This document shows, piece after piece, positions 57,547 through 64,000 of a stretch of 64,000 nt of DNA; within the stretch, counting starts at the first letter, position 1; each line of letters opens with the position of its first letter. The DNA comes from an uncultured virus (IMG/VR IMGVR_UViG_3300032087_003848) (Duplodnaviria > Heunggongvirae > Uroviricota > Caudoviricetes): the IMG/VR virus record IMGVR_UViG_3300032087_003848. One strand, given 5' to 3'. Both the position numbers and the translations under genes were made by a program. The notes under the pieces are model-generated. The model worked only from the letters and a program-made list of their open reading frames with translations. It was not told the origin of the DNA and ran no database searches.

Positions 57547-59199
57547 ATGATAATAAGTAAAACAGAAGATGGAAAAAGCATATACTTATCTTGGAGAGAG
57601 GATGGAGTAAAGCAATCTAAAACAGTAAATTTTAGACCTTACTTTTACATTCTAAACTCAAGTGGAGAAATACCTAGTTACAAGCCTAGTAAATATCTTG
57701 AAAGAGATTTTGATTATGAAGAAGGTGATTGGGTTAATCTTGAAGGTAACAAACTAAAGAAAGTTTATGTTGATAATTCATTTGATGTTTACAAGGCTAA
57801 AGAATTATTTGCTACAACTTATGAAGCAGATGTTCCTTATCATTTTAGATATGCAGTTGATAATATACATGAAATGCCGGAATATAAAATGCGTAAATGG
57901 TATTGGGATATGGAATGGCAACAAGGTGGAGAATATCATGATTGTATTACTACTATTGTAATGTATGATAATTATGATGAACAATACTATCAATGGGCTT
58001 GGTTTCCTAAAGACATAACCTTTGAAAATAAAAATGAGATTTATACGACCACAGGTGCATTTGATAATGAAAAGGATATGCTTGAACATTTCATTAATAC
58101 AATGATAGACAAAGACCCCGATATGCTAATTGCTTGGTTTGGTAACTTTGCTGATATACCTAAATTGCTTGAAAGGTGTTGTGCTTTAGGAATTAACCCT
58201 AATAGAATGTCACCAACTTCATCCATAAAGGGTGTTAAAAAGAGCAAGGATGGCTTTACTTTTGCTTATAGTGAGAATGGCTTCTCCCCTATCGAGCAGC
58301 CCATAGGGGGCCGCATAACCCTCAGTTTAGACCTTGCTTTTGAGAGACAATGGAACGATTCTCAAAGAGGAACGTTACCATCTTTGAGTCTTGATTATGT
58401 TGGTGAATTAGTCCTTAATAAAAAGAAATTAGTTTCTGAGAAGTTTTCAGATACAAATGAGTTTTATCGTAGGGCTTGGTTAGAAGATACACAAACATAT
58501 CTTGATTATGCAGTAAAAGATGTTGAGTTAATTGTTGAATTAGATGAAACTAACTATTGCAGTGAAGCAATTCTTTCATTACAAAGATTACTAAAAGCAC
58601 CATTCGATGCTTGTTTCTATGCTTCTCACATGGGTAGTATTTACTTTATGAGAAATGCGTGGTGGAAAGCACCAACAGGAAATAAAAATGTAAAGCGTGA
58701 AGATTATCAAGGGGCTATGATTTATCATCCCGAAAGTGAAGGAACAAATGGTTTACATTTAGGAGTAGCAGCATTTGATTTTGCAGGACTATATCCTAGT
58801 ATGATTGTAGCAAGAAACATTTCTTGGGAAACTCTTTCTGAAATACCCACTGAATTCGGTGCAAATATCTTAACTCCTAGAGACTTCAGTGAAGTTACAG
58901 AAACAGATATGGTGTATTTTAAAACCGATGAATTGGGTCTTTTACCGAAGGCTATCTTAGAATTGAAAGAGTTGAGAGACTACTACAAAAAGAGAATGAA
59001 ATCAGCAGAAGATAAATTAGAGTATGCAAAATGGTATAATAACCAAATGGCAGTTAAGAGATTATCAGCCTCCTTTTATGGTATTATTGCATTTCAGGGA
59101 TTCGGTTGGGCTAATGTAAAACTAGCCGCTAGTATTACTGCTAGTGCTAGGGAAGCAATCAGATTAGCGGCTTTTGCAGCAAAGGAGTTGGAAGCATGA
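57547..59199 (+). CDS. polB: Family B DNA polymerase, N-terminal part (exonuclease, motifs A and B)
   Basis: WDME, YAVKD, DFAGLYPS, KRLSASFYG. Confidence 0.95.
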   Translation: MIISKTEDGKSIYLSWREDGVKQSKTVNFRPYFYILNSSGEIPSYKPSKYLERDFDYEEGDWVNLEGNKLKKVYVDNSFDVYKAKELFATTYEADVPYHFRYAVDNIHEMPEYKMRKWYWDMEWQQGGEYHDCITTIVMYDNYDEQYYQWAWFPKDITFENKNEIYTTTGAFDNEKDMLEHFINTMIDKDPDMLIAWFGNFADIPKLLERCCALGINPNRMSPTSSIKGVKKSKDGFTFAYSENGFSPIEQPIGGRITLSLDLAFERQWNDSQRGTLPSLSLDYVGELVLNKKKLVSEKFSDTNEFYRRAWLEDTQTYLDYAVKDVELIVELDETNYCSEAILSLQRLLKAPFDACFYASHMGSIYFMRNAWWKAPTGNKNVKREDYQGAMIYHPESEGTNGLHLGVAAFDFAGLYPSMIVARNISWETLSEIPTEFGANILTPRDFSEVTETDMVYFKTDELGLLPKAILELKELRDYYKKRMKSAEDKLEYAKWYNNQMAVKRLSASFYGIIAFQGFGWANVKLAASITASAREAIRLAAFAAKELEA

Positions 59200-59342
59200 A
59201 ATGTCCTATGTGCGGTAAAAAAGATTCATTGAGAATAATTAAAAAGAAAGACTTAGAAGCATATACTCATTTACATTCTTGGCAGAATAAAGCGGGAATA
59301 TTAGGTTGTAACTCATGTGACTATGTGGAGGTATTTCGGTGA
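59196..59342 (+). CDS. Zn-ribbon microprotein between PolB halves
   Basis: MKCPMCG..CNSCDY. Confidence 0.6.
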   Translation: MKCPMCGKKDSLRIIKKKDLEAYTHLHSWQNKAGILGCNSCDYVEVFR

Positions 59343-59710
59343 ATCAACATAGCCAAAGAAGAATAAAGGAATTAATCTATGAATTAGAAGAACCCTTTAC
59401 TGCCCAAAATGTAAAGACTGCTCTAATAGAAAAACACGGAACTGCTTATACTCCTAGTAATATTAGTTTAGGTCAATTCCTAAATAGAATATGCATACGG
59501 ATAGGAAAACATCGTGGGAGATTTTTATACAAGGTGAAGACAATGAAAAAGAAAATAGTTAAAGTTGAAGTAACATACGATACAGAAGAAACATGGGAAA
59601 CTACTTTACAAGAAGTAAAGGAGTTATTTCAGATGATGAATAATATAAAGCGTAATGCTATCATTATTGATATTCAAGGTGATAAAGATGATGATGGACA
59701 AAACGAATGA
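59339..59710 (+). CDS. hypothetical protein (possibly two small genes in one frame)
   Basis: wHTH-like first half; internal AGGTGA..ATG. Confidence 0.55.
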   Translation: MNQHSQRRIKELIYELEEPFTAQNVKTALIEKHGTAYTPSNISLGQFLNRICIRIGKHRGRFLYKVKTMKKKIVKVEVTYDTEETWETTLQEVKELFQMMNNIKRNAIIIDIQGDKDDDGQNE

Positions 59711-59815
59711 GTTATTAGAGGAATTGCTCGCTATGATAGCAAAATCAAATAAGATATTGATGATGGTAAATATCGTAAACATAGCAACCATTTTAACAAT
59801 AGTGACGGTGATACT

Positions 59816-60067
59816 ATGAATAGTTATGAATTGAAAAAACTGAATGAAGAAATAAAGAGATTAACAATGGAAAACGAAGCCCTAGTTGAAAGAATAAAGG
59901 GTCTTGAGCAAAGACTAAGATTACTTGAATCTGAATCGGAAGAAAGAGATTCAGTATATTCTGTGGCAAAGGCAGTTCATGAAATGCAGAACGACCTAAA
60001 GAGATTGCATCCCGAATTGAATTTTAATAATTCTATTTATGCACCCGATAAGGTGGGCGGAGTATGA
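59816..60067 (+). CDS. Coiled-coil protein
   Basis: Heptad pattern. Confidence 0.65.
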   Translation: MNSYELKKLNEEIKRLTMENEALVERIKGLEQRLRLLESESEERDSVYSVAKAVHEMQNDLKRLHPELNFNNSIYAPDKVGGV

Positions 60068-60954
60068 AAGTAGTTTACGGCCACACTGATTCAATCTATG
60101 TTCAGATTGATTCTGTTGAAAAGGCCCAAACTGCTATCAAGAAAATAGAAGAAAGTGTTAGAGAACATTTTCCTAATATTATGGGATTAGATAACCATCC
60201 CGTAGTTTTAGAGTTTGAAAAATACTTTTCAGCATTAGGTGTAGGTTTAACTAAAAACCGTAACGCAGGATTAGTATCTTGGGAAGACGGAAATTGGTTA
60301 GATGAACCTAAGTTTACTATGACAGGATTTACGGCTAAAAGGGTTAGTGAAACAGTATTAGCAAAAGAAGTGCAAACCACTGTGCTGAAAATGTGGGTCG
60401 AGAATAAAACACAAGCAGAAATCAACAAATATTTGCATGATACCTATGATTCTGTTATTAAAGGTGAAATTAAAATTGATACTATTATCAAAAGAAGCCG
60501 CCTTAGAAAAAACAGGTTCATGGTAAAATGTCCGACTTGTAAAAAGAAATATCACTTGAAAGAGTGTCTTAAATTAAAACATAAAGCGTGTAAGAAGTGC
60601 GCTACCGATTCTTCTAAGTTTATTACTCTAGAAGGAAAGAAACCTTCTATTGGTTCCGGTATCGCAGGTGTGCTTTATGGTTGGGAAAAACAAAATATGG
60701 AGTTTGACGACTCCTATCTTTTCTTAAAGGTAAAAGCGAATGATTACTATACTAACCCATTAACTCATGAAAGAAGAGAAGTGGAATATGTTTCCGGTGT
60801 TACATTGAAGGATTTTGAAAATGTAAAGCCCGATTGGAAACACTATGCTCAACAGGTAATTGATAAAGCAAAACCCATTTACAATTCTATGGGATGGGAT
60901 TTGAGCAGTATTAAAACGGGCAAAATACAAATGAGTTTGGAGGAATGGTTTTGA
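60064..60954 (+). CDS. polB: Family B DNA polymerase, C-terminal part (motif C, thumb)
   Basis: VVYGHTDS, LEFEK, KNRNAG, Cys4 insertion, QMSLEEWF PIP-box. Confidence 0.93.
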   Translation: MKVVYGHTDSIYVQIDSVEKAQTAIKKIEESVREHFPNIMGLDNHPVVLEFEKYFSALGVGLTKNRNAGLVSWEDGNWLDEPKFTMTGFTAKRVSETVLAKEVQTTVLKMWVENKTQAEINKYLHDTYDSVIKGEIKIDTIIKRSRLRKNRFMVKCPTCKKKYHLKECLKLKHKACKKCATDSSKFITLEGKKPSIGSGIAGVLYGWEKQNMEFDDSYLFLKVKANDYYTNPLTHERREVEYVSGVTLKDFENVKPDWKHYAQQVIDKAKPIYNSMGWDLSSIKTGKIQMSLEEWF

Positions 60955-61880
60955 ATAAAGAAGAAAAATACGAAGCAAAGATAGCATCAATGAGAGAATA
61001 TACATACAAATGGCTACCGGAAAATTATGATGACCCGACTAAGCCTATACTAAAGATTAGTAAATCATCTTTAGGTTCGTTTAATTGGTGTCCTAAGAAA
61101 TATGAATTCAGTTATATTGAGAAATTACCTCAAGACCAAACTGAAGCCATGAGAAAAGGAACGGTTTTACATAACCATAGAGAGAATTTTTTCAATGAAT
61201 TCGATATTAAGAAGGCAACTGAGATGAATAATTCAGAAATCATCGAATATTGTAATAGTTTAATGCCTGTTGATGAGTATTTTGATATTTCTTTAACAGT
61301 TGCTGCTTTTGAAGCACAAAGATTCATCGAAGCAAAGAGCGAAGGCAAAATTGATGAATATTTACCTGCAATTAATGAAGAATTGTTCGATTGTGAGATA
61401 ATTATACCTGCGGGGCCGTATAAAGGCGGTGCTTGGAACGATTATGAAGAATATTCTCTTAGCAGGGACTATACTGTGCATCTTCAAGGTATTATTGATA
61501 GAGTTTTTATAGAAAATGGTGGATTAATACCATTTGAATACAAAACAGGTGCATGGAAGGACTACAAAACGACTTCCATGAGACAAGAAATGGCATTTTA
61601 CCAACTAATGATTGAGAATTGTTCAGAAGAAGTCCTTGAATACTTAGGAATTGATAAAGATACCCCTGTTACTCATTGGGGATGGTATTATCCCGCTTCA
61701 AATTACGTTTATGTTGAAAAGGTTAAGCCTAGAAGTATGACTTCTGTTAAGAACAATATAGCAAAGTTGCTTTATGCTTACGAACAAAAACATTTTGAAA
61801 CTAAATTTTACTATAAGACCTGTTCACATTGTAGTTACTTTGGTATTTGTGATGCTGCTAATGCTAATACATGGGGTTGA
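60945..61880 (+). CDS. Cas4/AddB-like PD-(D/E)xK exonuclease
   Basis: WCP..GIIDRV..FEYKTG..Q..Y..CSHCSYFGIC (four Fe-S cysteines). Confidence 0.88.
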   Translation: MVLNKEEKYEAKIASMREYTYKWLPENYDDPTKPILKISKSSLGSFNWCPKKYEFSYIEKLPQDQTEAMRKGTVLHNHRENFFNEFDIKKATEMNNSEIIEYCNSLMPVDEYFDISLTVAAFEAQRFIEAKSEGKIDEYLPAINEELFDCEIIIPAGPYKGGAWNDYEEYSLSRDYTVHLQGIIDRVFIENGGLIPFEYKTGAWKDYKTTSMRQEMAFYQLMIENCSEEVLEYLGIDKDTPVTHWGWYYPASNYVYVEKVKPRSMTSVKNNIAKLLYAYEQKHFETKFYYKTCSHCSYFGICDAANANTWG

Positions 61881-62055
61881 TTAAATGAGTAAAAAATGCG
61901 AAATGTGTGAATGGTTTGTTTGGGGTGGAGTTGATATTCATTCTATATCTAATCATGAAAATGAATTTGAAGCATTAGTAAATGTAACAATAAAATGTCA
62001 GCATTGTGAAATAACCCACGAATTATGCATGTCAGCAAAAGATGAGGTGTAAATA

Positions 62056-62193
62056 ATGAAATGTAAATTATGTAAAGCGGAAATAGAGGGCTACGGTCAT
62101 ATGTTAACAAAAGGTAATGGTGAATGGTATTGTTGTGATGCTTGTAATTACGCAATAGTATTGCCTGCAAGATTAAGGGGGGTTCATTATTGA
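62056..62193 (+). CDS. Zn-finger microprotein
   Basis: MKCKLC..CCDAC. Confidence 0.55.
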   Translation: MKCKLCKAEIEGYGHMLTKGNGEWYCCDACNYAIVLPARLRGVHY

Positions 62194-62561
62194 AAGAATT
62201 AATTAAAAAGAAAGTATTGGCTAAAAGTTGGACATTCAATGAAATATCTGATTTGACTGTAACAATAAAGGTTCTGTCTGAGGAAGTATGGTCGGAAATG
62301 ACTCTTCTTGAAAGAATTGATTTAGTAAGAGATATTAGAATAAATGAAAACTTAGTAGGGTGGGATTTTGAACATGCTATTAGGGAAGTAGTGCTAACTT
62401 CTCTTAAAGGAGAAATAGCAGAAGTGATTAAGAATATGCTAAGTAAAGCAACAATAAATTTTGGAGGGAATAATAATGAAATATCCGAGAGAAGTATGGG
62501 CGGGAAGTCACATCAAGAACGCACCTCAGATGAAGAGGAAAATAGCGTGGTCGAGGAATGA
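62190..62561 (+). CDS. hypothetical protein
   Basis: Operon packing. Confidence 0.6.
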   Translation: MKELIKKKVLAKSWTFNEISDLTVTIKVLSEEVWSEMTLLERIDLVRDIRINENLVGWDFEHAIREVVLTSLKGEIAEVIKNMLSKATINFGGNNNEISERSMGGKSHQERTSDEEENSVVEE

Positions 62562-63504
62562 ATATGTTGAGTTTGTTAATGCTCAAAATAATAAAACCAA
62601 TGTTTATACAACTGTATATGACTTTGAACATTTTTCAGAAAAAGCGAAAATAGAATCTTCTGTTGTTCTAGATAGAGTGTTTTTGGATTTTGACGGTCAT
62701 GATAATGATTTAGATAGAGCGTGGAGAGATGTTAAAATGGTAATGCAAAAGGTTCTTGAGAATAATTGGGAATATACTCTTTTCTTTTCGGGAAGAGGAT
62801 TCCATCTTTTCTTATTCGGTGAAAGAACAGATAACATAAGAAACATACAGGTTTTCTTTAGAGAAATTAAAAAGACTCTTGATGCTAACTTTTATCCTAA
62901 TACTTTAGATGAAAGAGTGGGACAAACAACAAGATTGCGAAGAGTGCCAAATACAGTAAATATGTCATCCTCTGATGGTAAAGGTAATCCGTATTATTGT
63001 ATTCCTTTGACGAAAAATGAACTATCATTTACATTAGATGGTATTCTCGATTTAGCCTCAAAGCCTAGACATATTCCCTTCAAAAAAGGTGGTTCGGTTA
63101 AGGTAGTATTTCCTAAAGCACCCCCTCTTGAAGCGATAGGGGGTGAGGTTTCTGTGCCCGATACAATAGGAAAACTTCCTATACTACCGTGTTTACATAA
63201 TGCCATTATGGTTGAAAACCCCTCGCATATTGCTAGAGCATACCTAGTTTCTTGGTATCGAGATTTGCTTTCGGGATATAGAGATTTAACTTCACATTCG
63301 GATAAAAAGAAAGTTTTGGATTTAGTTGTTGAAGAATTAGAAAGAGTCTTTGCTGATTCCGATTCTGTTTGGTTAGATTGGGATAAAGATACTACCCGCA
63401 AACATTCTAAGTTTACTGTCTTTAATAATTACAATACACCTCATTGTGACAAACTAATTGGTGAAGGTTTCTGTATAGGAAAATGTTGGAGGTTTCCACA
63501 ATGA
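62476..63504 (+). CDS. Archaeo-eukaryotic primase, PriS with fused PriL-like Fe-S domain
   Basis: FLDFD, SGRGFH, RLRRVP; C-terminal LPC..HC..FC..KC. Confidence 0.88.
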   Translation: MKYPREVWAGSHIKNAPQMKRKIAWSRNEYVEFVNAQNNKTNVYTTVYDFEHFSEKAKIESSVVLDRVFLDFDGHDNDLDRAWRDVKMVMQKVLENNWEYTLFFSGRGFHLFLFGERTDNIRNIQVFFREIKKTLDANFYPNTLDERVGQTTRLRRVPNTVNMSSSDGKGNPYYCIPLTKNELSFTLDGILDLASKPRHIPFKKGGSVKVVFPKAPPLEAIGGEVSVPDTIGKLPILPCLHNAIMVENPSHIARAYLVSWYRDLLSGYRDLTSHSDKKKVLDLVVEELERVFADSDSVWLDWDKDTTRKHSKFTVFNNYNTPHCDKLIGEGFCIGKCWRFPQ

Positions 63505-63824
63505 GAAAAAAACTAGATATGGAATTACTTAGGCAAATAACACAAGAAGAGTTAGAAAAAATTTCTGAAAATGAAATTTGGTTAAGTGAATTAGTTGAAG
63601 AGGTGGCTAACAGATATGCAAAACATACTCGTAATTATTATCCTCTCCATACTCTTACTTTTAGAAAAATAAAACAATCTGAATGTGTTGTTCGTAACAT
63701 AGCACAAAATTTTGGTTGGGTGGCTAAAAGAAAAAATCTTCAGGAGAGTTTTTTTATTAATGGAAAATTTTTTAGGAAACAAAAATACTTGTGCCGATTG
63801 TATAGATTACAGGAGGAAGAGTAA
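63501..63824 (+). CDS. hypothetical protein
   Basis: GGAGG RBS. Confidence 0.6.
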   Translation: MRKKLDMELLRQITQEELEKISENEIWLSELVEEVANRYAKHTRNYYPLHTLTFRKIKQSECVVRNIAQNFGWVAKRKNLQESFFINGKFFRKQKYLCRLYRLQEEE

Positions 63825-64000
63825 TGTTAGTAATTGATTCAAGAGAAAACTCCAAACTATCTAAGTTGGTAATTCAAAAAGCGGAAGCAATAAGAATACC
63901 TTATGATAAAAAATGGATTGAGGTAGGAGACTATGTTTTTGATGATGTTTGTTTTGAAGCCAAATCAACAACAGATTTCTTAGGTTCAGTAATGACAAAG
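63824..64000 (+). CDS. ERCC4/XPF-family nuclease (partial)
   Basis: MLVIDSRE..VGDY..CFEAKSTTDFLGS. Confidence 0.85.
   Translation, partial: MLVIDSRENSKLSKLVIQKAEAIRIPYDKKWIEVGDYVFDDVCFEAKSTTDFLGSVMTK

Noticed and set aside
59199..60064. Intein or intron interrupting polB
   Set aside because: No intein terminal residues; the gap holds ordinary small ORFs and the second half has its own start.
60945..61880. Cas4-like gene as evidence of CRISPR-Cas
   Set aside because: No cas1/cas2 or array; solo Cas4-like nucleases are common in archaeal virus replication modules.
32228..63782. Minus-strand ORFs in the right arm (e.g. 46782-47225, 62994-63401) and ORF 32180-32404
   Set aside because: Antisense shadows of well-supported genes; 32180-32404 overlaps the tRNA.

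Overview
About 1170-64000 is a large part of a tailed (Caudoviricetes) archaeal virus genome, most consistent with a magrovirus infecting Marine Group II Euryarchaeota (Ca. Poseidoniales). The host call is inferred from the archaeal-type replisome, TFIIB, a BHB-intron tRNA, GGTGA-type RBSs, AT-richness and GroEL/GroES. The minus-strand arm (~1200-26800) is a packaging/virion module: portal, large terminase, large putative virion proteins, and ~25 ORFs sharing an N-terminal W-x-x-[IV]-[LIV]-K tag, including an 8-gene paralog array. The strand-switch region (26900-32300) holds five 650-920 bp gene cassettes delimited by a repeated palindromic CAAAG..ACCATATGGT..CTTTG element, an AT-rich candidate origin, structured non-coding RNA candidates and an intron-containing tRNA-Lys. 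The plus-strand arm (32358-64000) encodes UvrD helicase, DenV-like glycosylase, class II RNR, TFIIB, MazG, GroES/GroEL, ligase, histone-fold proteins, RFC, RPA, PCNA, split PolB, Cas4-like nuclease, fused primase and ERCC4 nuclease. It also encodes a dispersed ubiquitin-like conjugation set: Ubl ending GG-SL, E1/ThiF, JAB peptidase and a candidate E2. Positions 1-~1170 are Bacteroidota-like DNA (nadK, an Omp85-like C-terminus, an arsS fragment) joined in frame to a viral ORF, probably a chimera. All calls come from reading motifs by eye; no searches were run.
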